This document shows positions 11,821-24,480 of a DNA stretch of 64,000 nucleotides, piece by piece. The first letter of the stretch is position 1. Each line of letters begins with the position of its first letter. Source of the stretch: Octopus sinensis (taxonomy: Eukaryota); NCBI RefSeq assembly GCF_006345805.1, contig NC_043016.1, forward strand, positions 12,462,001-12,526,000. Direction: 5' to 3'. A program made the position numbers and the translations under genes. Below the pieces are notes generated by a model. The model did not search any database and was not told where the DNA came from. It saw nothing but the letters and a program-made list of their open reading frames with translations.

Positions 11821-12902
11821 CTCGCTTGACAACCAATGCTGGTGTGTTCATGTCCCTGTAACCTAGCAGTTCGGTAAAAGAGACTGATAGAATAATTACT
11901 AGGCTTACAAAGAATAAGTCCTGGGGTTGATTTCTTCCACTATAACCCTTTAAGGTGGTGCTCCAGCATGGCCACAGTCAAATGACTGAAACAAGTAAAA
12001 GAATACTGATACTGATATATCATATATACTATTATCATTGTTATAGGATTGGACTAAATGCCTTGTGGTATTTGTTTGGTTCTTTGCTTTCTGAGTTCAA
12101 ATCTCACCATTGTCTACTTGAATGATAGGTTTCATCTGGCACCCAGTTTAACACAACCACCACCTGGTACTCAAATCTTTTAGTATTTAACCCAACTAAA
12201 AATGGGTCCAAATATTCTACCAGTGTTATGATCATACAGATCAAATCTAGCTTCTCACACCTACCCTACAATGTCATTCAAAAGATAAACAATCACATCA
12301 TTGAAATTTCTAAGTTATGAGATAATGCATGATTAGTTCAAAACAATGTGGATAAATAAGCATTATATTTGACAGAGAAATCTGAATGCTAAATAGTTAA
12401 GTGCCTTTAACTAACTCCCCTCCACCTTGTTGTGAGTATTCAGGTCATGTTATCCATTTGCAGATACCTTCCTTCATCTTTTGCTCCAACCAATTACAGA
12501 GAAACTGTAAAAAGGTCATGGGCACTGTTTTCCCCATCCCTGATAAAAGCAAAAAAAGGAAAGTGAAATACAAAATTGTGATTCAACTTTTTGGTAACTT
12601 ATTCAGGTAATGTTTATATGAAAATCACCGCGGTCAATCATCAGTCATATTATAAAATGACCAATAACAATGAGCCTGAGTCTGGTTATACTAATCCATA
12701 TGGATTGACATCACTGTGCACTGATAGAAATTACAGATATCCACTGACTTTGAATTTGCTTCTCGAAGCTTTCCAGAAATAGGGAAACGTGAAGTAGAAA
12801 ATTTAGATAAACAACTAAATTAAGCAAAACATATTGAGTTTCTCATTTTCTCACATTTGTACATCCAAATACATACTTGTATTAATAAATTTATTTATTT
12901 AC

Positions 12903-12986
12903 CTCTTCCTCTTTCCGGAGTCTCTCTGTGGAATTCCTTTCCTTCTCCATTAAAGCATTCATTTTAAATTGATAGTTCTTTTCCAG
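12903..12986 (-). CDS. OFD1: OFD1 coding exon 8 (84 nt; LEKNYQFKMNALMEKERNSTERLRKEEE)
   Basis: Acceptor tttttttcag|CTG, donor GAG|GTAAAT; phase 0/0. Confidence 0.92.
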
Positions 12987-13169
12987 CTGAAAAAAAATGT
13001 GTGTGTTTGTATATATATATAAAATTCAGGCATGAAATGATCGTAGTGTGATATTAATTATATTTTTTTAATAATTTTGTTATATATTTAAATAATATAA
13101 ATTAATCATATGTATTGGCTTAAGTTTTTCATTGTTTGATTGCTTAATAGTGGTTTTGTCTCTAATTTA

Positions 13170-13202
<33 letters not shown>

Positions 13203-13285
13203 TGATAAAACGGTAAGATAACAAAAGAAAGAAAGAGACCTCAATATTATGTAAATAGAGGAAATTTATCTGTAACATATTGTAT

Positions 13286-13336
<51 letters not shown>

Positions 13337-13337
<1 letters not shown>

Positions 13338-13893
13338 GAGGGTGAGTCAAAAAGTAATGCCATTTTGTTTAGGACAGGTATAATTACCAACACAAGAACA
13401 TGTATCATACATCAAAATGAAGCTGGTCCTCTGTAGATCACATCCCTACTTCTCAACATAGTCACCATTTCTCTCAATAGCAATGTTCCACCTTCGAATG
13501 AGAGAGCATGTATCCCTGCCCTGTAAAATTCTGTTGGCTGTTCTTTGCGCCACTTCAATATAGTTTTCACTTCCTTGTCACTGGAATAATGTTTGCTTCT
13601 CAAACCCTCTTTCATGGGGCCGAAGAGATGATAGTCTGAAGGCGCTAAATTATTCCAGTGAGGAGGAAGTGAAAACTGTAGTGAAGAAGTGGCTCAAAGA
13701 ACAGTCAACAGAATTTTTTGGGGCAGGGATACATGAAGGTGGAACATTGCTATTGAGAGAAATGGTGACTATGTTGAGAAATAGGGATGTGATCCACAGA
13801 GGACCAGTTTCATTTTGATGTATGATACATGTTCCTGTGTTGCTAATTATACTTGTCCTAAACCAAATGGCATTACTTTTTGACTCACCCTTG
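13337..13893. mobile_element. mariner-derived fold-back element (two inverted transposase 3' ends)
   Basis: TA TSD; TIR CGAGGGTGAGTCAAAAAGTAATGCCATTT; both arms encode the APSDYHLFGPMKEGLR...EEVKT...KWLKEQ..EF..AGIH C-terminus in opposite orientations. Confidence 0.9.
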
Positions 13894-14399
13894 TATATAC
13901 TGGCATCAGATAGGGCATTCAGTTATAGAAACTAAATCAAAGCAGATTGGAACCTGGTGCAGTTCTCTGGTCAAACTAGCATGAAATATGGACATTAAAG
14001 GATGATGATATTGCTAACGCTTGTTCTTATGTTTAGTTATAATAAAAACAATTTTACATTAATCTGATGGATTATTCTATACTTATGGAGAGTACAAGTT
14101 TATTCTTAAAAAAATATTGGTGTAACCATTTGCATAAACTAACTTCAAGTAACTATCCATTCATTCAGCCAGCCACTTATTCATATACAACTTAGGTGAA
14201 CACATGAGCTGGATAGAGTTCATATTTCTCAGGAAGGGGATAGACAGACCATTCCCCAGTGAAAAATGTACCATTCAACAAAGACTCATTGTTAGTGACA
14301 TCAGAGTAAGAGCCAGATGGGCTCAGAGTTGCAAGACTTGAGAAGGAAGATGGAAATAGCAAAGAGATCCTTTAGCATTGATTCAAAAAAGTACTAGTT

Positions 14400-15480
14400 T
14401 ACATTTTGTCAAAAAAAGGAGAGGATAGAGACTTATGACACAAAAGACATGCAAGAGTTTTTATGAGACAATTAGTTGTGAGCTGTATCTAGGCAGAAGA
14501 TATGTAAAATGGTATGGAAGATGATCAGGAAAGAATGGCAGAGATCGGTGAGTAGGCAGACAGCTTGAAGGGAAAGTAGACATGAGGTGTATATAGCAAA
14601 GAGATAAGCAGAAAATAGTGGGATGTTCCCATGGCAAATAAGGGTATCATTGAAAAAAGTGTGTATATAATGATACAAGCACCCTTGTTTTCAAGGACGC
14701 TGAGAAGACAGAGGAATAAAATAGAGTTTTCTGGCTGTAGAGAACATGTAGGAAAGAGTGGAATTATCTCAAACAGAGACCAGGTATTGAAGTTGATAGC
14801 TATGCAATTAAAAAGTTTATTGAGAAGGCAAGAAAAGCAGCTGGACCATTAGGGATAATTTCCGAAGTGATGCATTCAATAAAGCACATGTCAGTCACTC
14901 AAATAATTAAACTTGTAGTATAGAGAAGTTGTGTCCATAATTAGTGGCATAGTATTATCATAATTAATTGTTACGAGGACAAAAATGTTCTAGAAAGAAG
15001 CAACTACAGAGATATCAAATTGATGGACCAAGTTATGAAAATAACAGAAATACTTGTAGCACAAATGATTATGAAAAATCAATTTAGTTACAAAGGGATT
15101 CTCCCTCCTTGCTAAAAGCAGTTTATATAATGTTTGTGCGAAAAGTGAGGTATTGGATGGTCGTGAAACACAAACACTGAATGAGGAAAATGTGAGATGG
15201 CTGGAAAGAAGTGAAATGAATAGTTTGATAACTTATTACGGTCAATCCTATAAATTACAGACGTGATAGTAAGTCCGAGAATAACTTATTAATGTGATGC
15301 CCCATACCTTACTAATGTGATGGCCAATCACATTGTGTTTCCCTGTAGTTGTTCCTTTCTAGAACACCTCCTTTGCCCTTGTGGCAGTTATCAGTAACAA
15401 TGCTATACCAGTCATTGGGGATGATGTTTCTATATACTTCCTGATGGCAATGAACTGTTTTTCTCTCACAGCAAAGTGCA
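14400..15480. mobile_element. Decayed RTE fragments (plus-strand 14400-15090, inverted piece 15330-15480)
   Basis: KAAGPLGII...NYRDIKLMDQVMK on +; PNDW...CHKGKGGVLERNNYR on -. Confidence 0.65.
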
Positions 15481-15740
15481 GCCTGTCATCAGGATTATCA
15501 TCATCATCATCATCACTATCATTTAACATCTGCTTTCCATGCTGACATGGGTAAGACAGTTTGACTGGGAACTAGCGAGCTCCTCATTAAACTGCATCGA
15601 GCTCCAATGGTATTTTAGGTATGGTTTCTATGGCTGATTGTCTTCTATGAAGCTTGTTTAATATAAAATATGATATTACGCAATAGCAAGACATGGGTGC
15701 CGGGGGGCAAGAGGATGTGTAAAGGCTGGACAGAAAGGAG

Positions 15741-16120
15741 GGGAACCTGAGTGTCAGTGTAATGTCAGAGAGTACGAACTACAGAGTACAGAGAAGTGAT
15801 GAGAGTTTAGAGGAAAAAATGAGTATCATAAGAATGAGCTGTAGTTTTTAAGGAAGACTGCACTGGTATGGACGTATGTTGTGCAGAGTTCATAACTGGG
15901 TCAAGAAGTGTCAGGCATTCTGAGTAGAAGTAGCATGTGGAAAAGAAAGTCCAAAGGAGATGTGGTGAAGACTTATGTCAGGGTGCTGTACCTAACAAAG
16001 GAGATAAGGGGTCACAACAAGCTGTGAGCTGTTGTGCTGGGGAAAATCCTTCCAACCCATTCCAGCATGGGTAAAACAAATGTAAAATGGTGATGATGAT
16101 GATGATGATGATGATGGTGA
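15741..16120 (+). mobile_element. RTE LINE 3' end with (ATG)n tail
   Basis: RLHWYG...VKKC...CGK motif followed by ccaacccattccagcatgg...atgatgatg. Confidence 0.75.
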
Positions 16121-16153
16121 TGATAATGATTCTACAACACCACAGTCTCTTAC

Positions 16154-16243
16154 CTCTTGCCGAACTTTTTCCAGTTCTTTTCTGGAGGCTTCTTTTTCCG
16201 CAAGCCTTAATTTTGCCAAATCATTGTCTTTCATTCTTGACAG
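16154..16243 (-). CDS. OFD1: OFD1 coding exon 7 (90 nt; LSRMKDNDLAKLRLAEKEASRKELEKVRQE)
   Basis: Acceptor ttttttaattgcag|CTG, donor GAG|GTAAGA; phase 0/0. Confidence 0.92.
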
Positions 16244-16419
16244 CTGCAATTAAAAAAAAGAGTGATGGCTTGATGGTCTGTTCCATAACATAACGATGTG
16301 TTGCTCAGCCTTATAAACCTACCTATATGACGGTCAGAGCTATTTGTGATGGTCAAGTCTCTCAACATCTATCAATCTCTCTGTTAGTCTTATAACTTAC
16401 TAATATGATGGTCAGCGCT

Positions 16420-17400
16420 AAGGCAGTGATCTGGCAGAATCGTTAGCTCACCAGGCAAAATGCTTAGCAGCATTTCGTCTGTCTTTATGTTCTGAGTTCA
16501 AGTGCTGCCGGGGTCGACTTTGCCTTTCATCAGTTCAGGGTCAATAACAGTAGGCACCAGTTGAACACCGGCAGCGGTGTAATTGACTGACCCCTTCCCT
16601 TGAAACTGCTGTCCTTGTGTCAGAATCTGAAACCAATATGAAGGTCAAACCTATTGATGTGATGGTCATTCCAATAGCCTACTGATGAATAAATATATAA
16701 GGTAGCCTTTACATGGTTGCTCAAAATGCTAGAAATAATAGTTAAATTATCTCCCAAATCCCACTCTCTAATTTAAACAAAAGGGCACATTGAATAATGT
16801 TATCTTAGGAATACTATGTGTGAAAAAAGAAAAAAAGAATGATGCTGGTTGAAATTCTTTTAATCATTAGTTTTCTCAGTCAAAACAATGTAAATAAATA
16901 AGCATTACATTTGACAGAGTAATCTGAATTCTAAATGGTTTCAGATTTTGTTATAATATCCTTTCTACCATAGGCACAAGGCCTGAAATTTGAAGGAGAG
17001 GTATAGTCGATTACATCAAACCCCAGTACTCAACTGGTATTTATTTTATCGACCCTGAAAGGATGAAAGGAAAAATTGACCTCAGTGGAATTTGAACTCC
17101 AAATGTAGCAACAGGCAAAATACTACAAAGCATTTTGTCCAGCATGCTAACAATTCTGCCAGCTCACTGCCTTTGATTTTCTTATAATAACCCTTTTTAC
17201 TATAGGCACAAAGCCTAAAATTTTGGGGTAGGGAACTAGTTGATTACATCGACCCCAGTGCGTAGCTGGTACTTAATTTATTAACTCTGGAAGGATGAAA
17301 GGCAAAGTCCACCTTGGTGGAATCTGAAATGTAGCAACAGGCAAAATACCACTAAGCAGTTTGTCCAGCATGCTAACAATTCAGCCAGCTTACTGCCTTC
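16420..17400. mobile_element. Cluster of three tRNA-derived SINEs with Meta-like core (16420-16637 +; ~16960-17175 -; ~17185-17400 -)
   Basis: Core gtcgactttgcctttcatcc...ggggtcgataaattaagtaccag resembles the MetaSINE domain. Other copies at 36860-37045, 44821-45234, 47505-47720, 59815-60010. Confidence 0.75.
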
Positions 17401-17442
17401 GATTTTCTTATAATAATAATAATAATAATATAACAACATATA

Positions 17443-17870
17443 GGCGCAGGAGTGGCTGTGTGGTAAGTAGCTTGCTTACCAACCACATGGTTCTGGGTTC
17501 AGTCCCACTGCGTGGCACCTTGGGCAGGTGTTTACTACTATAGTCTCGGGCTGACCAAAGCCTTGTGAGTGGATTTGGTAGATGGAAACTGAAAGAAGCC
17601 TGTCGTATATATATGTGTGTGTGTGTGTATGTATATATATATATGTTTGTGTGTGTGTATACGTTTGTGTGTCTGTGTTTGTCGCCCCCAACATCGCTTG
17701 ACAACCGATGCTGGTGTGTTTACGTCCCTGTAACTTAGCGGTTCGGCAAAACAGACCGATAGAATAAGTACTAGGCTTACAAAGAATAAGTCCTGGGGTC
17801 GATTTGCTCGACTAAAGGCGGTGCTCCAGCATGGCCGCAGTCAAATGACTGAAACAAGTAAAAGAGTAAA
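17443..17870 (+). mobile_element. Major octopus-type tRNA-derived SINE with internal (TA)/(TG) microsatellite, full length
   Basis: Head GGCGCAGGAGTGGCTGTGTGG...GGTTCAGTCCC, tail GTAAAAGA repeats, TSD aacaacata. About 20 copies in the window, e.g. 1-80, 5522-5820, 8410-8650, 18134-18650, 21470-21845. Confidence 0.9.
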
Positions 17871-17899
17871 CAACATAATATATTAAATTTCTGCGTTAC

Positions 17900-18042
17900 C
17901 TCCAATTGCAATTCTGTTTGATATCTTTCTTCAAGTTTCTTTTGAAGCGATGAGAGTTTTTCTTCCACTCCAAAAATTGCCTTTTGATAATGTTCCTCTT
18001 TCTTGTCCATATATATTTTTTCAACCCCGTTTAATTTTGCAT
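17900..18042 (-). CDS. OFD1: OFD1 coding exon 6 (143 nt; D-AKLNGVEKIYMDKK...LEERYQTELQLE)
   Basis: Acceptor aaatttcag|AT, donor GAG|GTAACG; coiled-coil sequence (ORF track 17777..18115). Confidence 0.92.
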
Positions 18043-18311
18043 CTGAAATTTGCACAGAAAAGATTTCCTGGTCATATTTTTTATTATCAAATGTTATCTC
18101 ATTACAAAAACACAAACAAATATATCATAGACACAATGTGGTTGTGTGGTTAAGAAGTTGCTCCCAATCATGGTTCAGTCCCACTGTGTGGCACCTTGGG
18201 CAAGTGTCTCTGCCTATAGCCTCAGGCCAACCAAAGACTTGCGAATGAATTTGGTAGATGGAGACTGAAGGAAGCTCATTGAGTGTGTATATATATGTGT
18301 GTGTTTGTGTG

Positions 18312-18374
<63 letters not shown>

Positions 18375-19107
18375 ACACACACACACACATATATAGACAT
18401 ACATATATGTACATATCTATGTGTGTGTGTTTTTGAATTTGTTCCCTACTATCACATGGCAACAGGTGTTGGTTTGTTTACGTCCCTATAACTTAATGTT
18501 TCAGCAAAAAAAAAAAAAAGAGGACCCAAAGAATAAGAACCAGTCTTAAAAAATAATCAGTATTAGGTTTGAATTCTTTGATTAAATACCCTTGAAGATG
18601 CTGCTCCAGCTTAGCCACAGTCAAATGACTGAAACAAGTAAAAGGTAAAAGATAACGACTTAAACAGACAATATAAAGAGACATGAGCTCGTCTTGTTAT
18701 TAGAGGATTTCATTTCAGTGTCCTTAATTACAGTAACCTTAATCGATAGTAATGAAATAGTGCTCTCTTTTACTTGTAACCGATATGTTCTAACAATTTT
18801 TCTATCTTTACAAAAATTGATTTTTGAAAGCTTTAATAGTGCTGAAATATAACCAGACATTAACTTAACTCAAGTACTTAATTAGAGGATTAAAATTGTA
18901 TTTTATCAATTTATCAATATAGGTGTAGGTGTGGCTGTGTGGTAAGAAGTTTGCTTTCCAACCACATGGTTCTAGGTTCAGTCCTACTACATGGCACCTT
19001 GAACATGTGTCTTCTGCTATAGCCTTAAACAAAGCCTTGTGAATGGATTTGATGGATGGCAACTGAAAGAAGCCTGTTGTGTGTGTGAATGTATATGTGT
19101 GTATATA

Positions 19108-19577
19108 CATGGGTTGGACCAAATAATGGAAACACCTTAAAAATTTCAAACAAATAAATATATTTTAATATGGGGTAGTACCGCCTTTGACAGTAGTTAC
19201 AGCTTGAATTCTACAAGGTATGCACTTGTATAAAGTTTGAATTGTTTCCAAAGGAATATTTGTCCATTCTTCAGCTAAAACAGTCTCCAGTTCTTGTAGT
19301 GATGATGGTGGAGGATATCAACTCCTTACTTGTTTTCCTAAAATGCATCATAAATGTTCAATAATATTGAGATCCGGGGACTGTGGTGGCCAGATAAGAT
19401 GTTCAACTTCACTAGAATGTTCTTTGTGCCATTCAGTAACAACTTTAGCTGTGTGAATTGGTGCATTATCATCCTGAAGGATTGCGTTTCCCTCCGGAAA
19501 CTGTTCTGCAGCCATAGGATGAATTTGATCAGATAAAATGCTTAATTAGTCTTCACTATTAATTCTGCCATGAAGGG
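19108..19577 (-). mobile_element. Tc1-family transposon 3' fragment
   Basis: ILQDDNAPIHTAKVVTEW...WPPQSPDLNIIEHLW (DD34E third-residue region); TA|CATGGGTTGGACCAAATAATGGAAAC TIR; nested in a SINE. Confidence 0.9.
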
Positions 19578-19619
19578 AAACTAAGAGGGAAAGTGAAAGA
19601 AGCCTGCTGTATGTGTATA

Positions 19620-19658
<39 letters not shown>

Positions 19659-22600
19659 AGTCTCCCACCGACTGGCTCCTGTAAAAAGCACCATCTGAAC
19701 AGGGTTGATGCCACTGCCACCTGACTGGCTCCCGTGCTGGTGGAACATAAAAAGCACCCACTACACTCTTGTAGTGGTTGGCATTAGGAAGGGCATCCAG
19801 CTGTAGAAACTCTGTCAAATCAGATTGGAGCCTGGTGCAGCCTACTGGCTTTTCAGACCTCAGTCAAACTGTCCAACCCATGCCAGCATGGAAAACAGAC
19901 GTTAAATGATGATAATGATTATATATATATATATATATATCATTGCTATTATGTTAAACTGTCGTATGTTCAAATTTGGCCAGTTATACAAAGGTTTTGC
20001 TATGGGATGGTGAAACTATTTTTTTTTTTTGTGTGTGTTCTGAAAAAGCAATGTTTTGGACTTACGACACTTTTGCACTTATAGCAACGATATATATTCA
20101 TATATATGTTTGTGTATCTCACCCCTGCCCCACCACCATCGCTTGACAAACGATGCTGGTGTGTTTACGTCCCCGTAATATAGCAATTCGGCAAAAGAGA
20201 CCGACAGAATAAGTACTAGGCTTACAAAGAATAAGTCCTAGGGTTGATTTGTTCGACTAAAGGCGGTGCTCCAGCATGGCCGCAGTTAAATTACAGAAAC
20301 AAGTTAAAGAATAAAAGAATATATATCTTTCTCCTTCCGATTTTAGACAAATCCGTACGAGTTACTTCCCTTGCACTGTTATTCTTTCCTTACTCACACA
20401 CATTAAGCGATATATAATTTTTCATTATACATATATATGCTTTTATACCTATCACATTGTTTTGCTTTACTTCCTACCTTTACGACTCTAAGTATCAAAT
20501 GTCTACACCCACCAACAACAGTTGTACACTAAATCCTCATTATATTATCTCACCTGCATTCAACTAGTCCACTACCATTTAGCATTCAGATTATTCTGTC
20601 AAATGTAATTCTTTATTCACATTGTTTTGTATTAATCATGCATTATCTCATAGCTTTGAGATTTTGATGTGGTGATTGTTTAGTTTTAGAAATGGCATTG
20701 TAGGACAGGTGGAGTGGTTGGCATTGGGAAGCGAATCCAACCACAGAAAACCATGCCAAATCGGTCAGGAGTCTGGTGCAGCCTCCAAGTGTACCCAGCC
20801 CGGTCAAACCATCCAACCCATACCAGCACAGACAATGGACATTAAATGATGATGGTGATGATGATGATGATGAAGTCACTGTCCTGTTTAGTAATCCATA
20901 TTAAAGTTTTAAGAGTTTTATTTATTTTTTTTCTTTGCTTTTCTCAAACCCTACGACTCCTAAGGCTGGTTGCCCAGATTCCATGACATATAAGTGATCA
21001 AGGTAACAACACTCCCCTAAACACCAGCACAAGCAAGGTCAGTTTTGGTATGATTTTTACAGCTGGATGCCCTTCTGAATGCCAACCACTTCACAGTGTG
21101 GACCGGATGCTTTTTACGTGGCACCAGCACTGGCAGGGTCACCAATTAACTTGCAAGACAAGGAATTTTTGAGAGGGGAGGAAGCATTGAGAGTGATGGA
21201 AATTGTGAGGAAGCCTCTCGTGTAATATAATATATATATGTGTTTGTGTGTCTTTATATCTGTGTTTGTCCCACTGCCATTTAAGAGAGTATTAATTTCT
21301 GAAAAACAAATTTCCCAAAGGAGGGTTTGGAGAAGATTAAGAACATGGATTATAATCAACAGCACACAAAATTATTGACCCTGACCTTATGATACAAACT
21401 TCTTGTTTAAAGTTAAAATTTCAAGTTGATTTTTGTTTTAAATGCCATTTTAATAATGTTTCTTTTATAGTTTACTTGTTTCAGTCAGTAAACTATGGCC
21501 AAGCTGGGGCACTACTTTGAAGGGTTTTAATTGTTCTTATTTTAATGTCTGGTGCTTATTCTATCAGTCTCTTTTAGTGAACTGCTAAGTTACAGAGACT
21601 TAAGCAAACCAATACTGGTTGTCAAGTGGTGGTGTGACAAACATAAATGCAAAGATACACACATACACACATATTATATGTCAGGCTTCCACACAGTTTC
21701 TATAACTCACAAATTCATTCAGAAGGCATTGGTCAGATGTGGCTCTCGCAGAAGACACTTGACCAAGATGTCAGGCAATGAGGCTGAACCTGGAACCTTG
21801 TCGTTGCAAAACAGTTTCCTAACCACATAGCCATGTCTGTGCCTAAATGACAAACTTATTCTACCAAATTCTTCATTATTCCAACATTAATTGAAACAAA
21901 GGCAATGTCTCTCAACAGAAATATGGTATCAAAAGAGTTAAAGGAATTTAAATGTAAACTTTCTTCCATCAAAATTTCATGTTGGTTTATGTCTTAAGCA
22001 ATATTGATAAACATCAATTGTTATTTAACCCCGAGTCAGCCATGATTGAACATGGCCTATGATTTACTCTTTTGATTCTAACCTACCTGATTCTATGATA
22101 CAAACTTTCTGTTTTAAAAGAGATCTAAGTGGAAAACTTCTTCCACCATTAATTTATGGTTCAAACACCAGCTTATTACTGATAAAGCTTATTTTAATAA
22201 ATTCTTTGTTATTTTCAAAATTAATTGAAACAAAGCATTGATTCTATTTCAACAGAAATATGGTAACAAAAGGGTTAAAGTGATCTGTTTTTTTCTTCTT
22301 TTATATTTTTGGCAAAACATGGAGAAGGTCTGTTTGTAAAATGCCATTTAGTGAAAGGGAATGCTGAGGTACAAAAGGTCAAGGATCACTGTTCTAAGGA
22401 AATTTCCATTTAGGCAGGAAATTGGCGGAATCCTTAGAACATTGGATAAAATATCTTGCAGCTTTAGTCCCAGCCTTTAGAATTATGAGTTCAAATTTCG
22501 ATTGAGTCAATTTTTCTGCCTTCCTTTCTCTTGAAGCTAATCAAGTAAAGTAACAATCCAGGATGGTAGAATTGTCAGGATGTCAAATAAAATTCTTTGT

Positions 22601-23522
22601 GGTAATTGTCCAGATTCTTTACATTCTGAGAACCCAGACAGGTTTTGTGAACTTCTCTGTATATAGTGAACAAGGTGTCTTGTGAAAAACACCAAAATGA
22701 AGGTAATGGAAGCCGTCTCTGTATTCTCCCTTGAAAATTCTACGGCAATCACATGGCACATGTTATAAAAATGGGCGGAGTTTCCCTTTGTATAGCAATG
22801 CTCCAGAGCAGCCAAGTGACTGAAAACCAGACATTTAATTTGCTGAATGCCATTGCTAACAAAAAAACTCAAATCTGTTATACTTACAAGTTTGGCTGTA
22901 GTTGGCAAAGGCATTACACAAATGCAATAAAATACATCTATTAATTCTTGCAGGCAAGCTCTGTGGGTAACAAATTTGCTTCCCAACTACATAGTTTCAG
23001 GTTCAGCCCCACTGTGAAGCACCTTGAGCAAGTGGCTTTTACTTTAGGTTTGGGCCCACCAACGCCTTGTGAGTGAATTTTTAGCAGACAAAGACCAAAA
23101 GGCTATCATGTGTATATGTGTCTCCTTGATTTCTTGTAAAGAAAAACAAATCTCAATTTTCAGAATGCTTGAGACCATACTTCATTAAAGGATAGTGATG
23201 AAAAAGGTGATGATGATGATGAGGATAATGACAATTATGTTGATGACAATGAAGATGATGATGAGGATAGCAAGGAAAATGAAAGAAAAGTAACATGCAG
23301 GTATGCAGGTGGCACGTAAAAAGCACCCACTACACTCACGGAGTGGTTGGCGTTAGGAAGGGCATCCAGCTGTAGAAACATTGCCAGATAAGACCGGAGC
23401 CTGGTGCAGCCTTCTGGCTTCCCAGATCCCCGGTCGAACCGTCCAACCCATGCTAGCATGGAGAACGGATGTTAAACGATGACGATGATGATGATATATA
23501 TATGTGTGTGTGTGTGTGTATG

Positions 23523-23574
<52 letters not shown>

Positions 23575-23643
23575 ATATATATTAAAACTTTGTAATAAAG
23601 TTTTTCAAAAGAAAAAGAAATTGCCAAATCTGTTTAAATTTAC

Positions 23644-23751
23644 CTAAAGATGAGATGGGGTACTGTGCAGAAAATTCTGTTTGTATTCCAACATCATTTG
23701 ATACTTGCTGGAAAACCGATGTTATCACGCTCAGTAATTCCAAAAGAAATC
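23644..23751 (-). CDS. OFD1: OFD1 coding exon 5 (108 nt; G-FLLELLSVITSVFQQVSNDVGIQTEFSAQYPISSL-D)
   Basis: Acceptor ttaattgcag|GA, donor TAG|GTAAAT; phase 1/1; similar to GFLMHFLKEL...METQT. Confidence 0.9.
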
Positions 23752-24104
23752 CTGCAATTAAAAATATATTTGTACAGAAACACACCTCAACAGCATTCCA
23801 TGTTTTGCTTATTTTGAGTTTGCGTAATTTTTTCTTTTTAAAGAAATTAATGGAGAAAAATAAACTTCAAATTCAGTTGATTTATCTTTCTTTACACAGG
23901 TCTAAGTGAACATTTAAATGTATAAGAATTAAAAGTAAAAACACCTAAAGGTTAATACTGAAGTGGAAAATCAAATGAAATACATGTGAAAATATGAAAG
24001 AAGCCATTTATTAAAACAGATATGAGATAATAAAGTTGTATAAATGTATTTTTGTGTTATGTCATTTTTTGCATGTCTTGGAACCAATTAAACTGAGGTA
24101 TGTC

Positions 24105-24480
24105 TATAATAATAATAATAATGAAATTATTGTATACAGTGCTCAGGTGCACCACAACTTGTCAAAAAGTGCGTATAAAGTATATACAGTAACGTACAAA
24201 TGTCTGGAAAGCGAACAATGTATGAGTCAGATACATGCTTGTGTGTGTATGGAGGGGAGAAAATCAGGTGTAGTGTTGGCGAATCTCAGAAAGCATGGAA
24301 GTTTTGAAGGACGCAGTGCTCCGACAACTAACAACTGATGCCGGCAGTTTGTTCCATGCTTCAGCAACTCTCAGCGTGAAAAAATGTTTCCTGAAGTCAT
24401 GGGAGCTGTGCTGTTTTCTGACTTTGTAAATATGTCCACGGGTGTTAGATGGGTGGAGTTTGAAAAGATGCTCAGAGTTA
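24105..24480 (-). mobile_element. CR1-group LINE 3' end
   Basis: Reverse complement of the 2105-2395 sequence, with (AAT)n tail at ~24105-24125. Confidence 0.75.
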
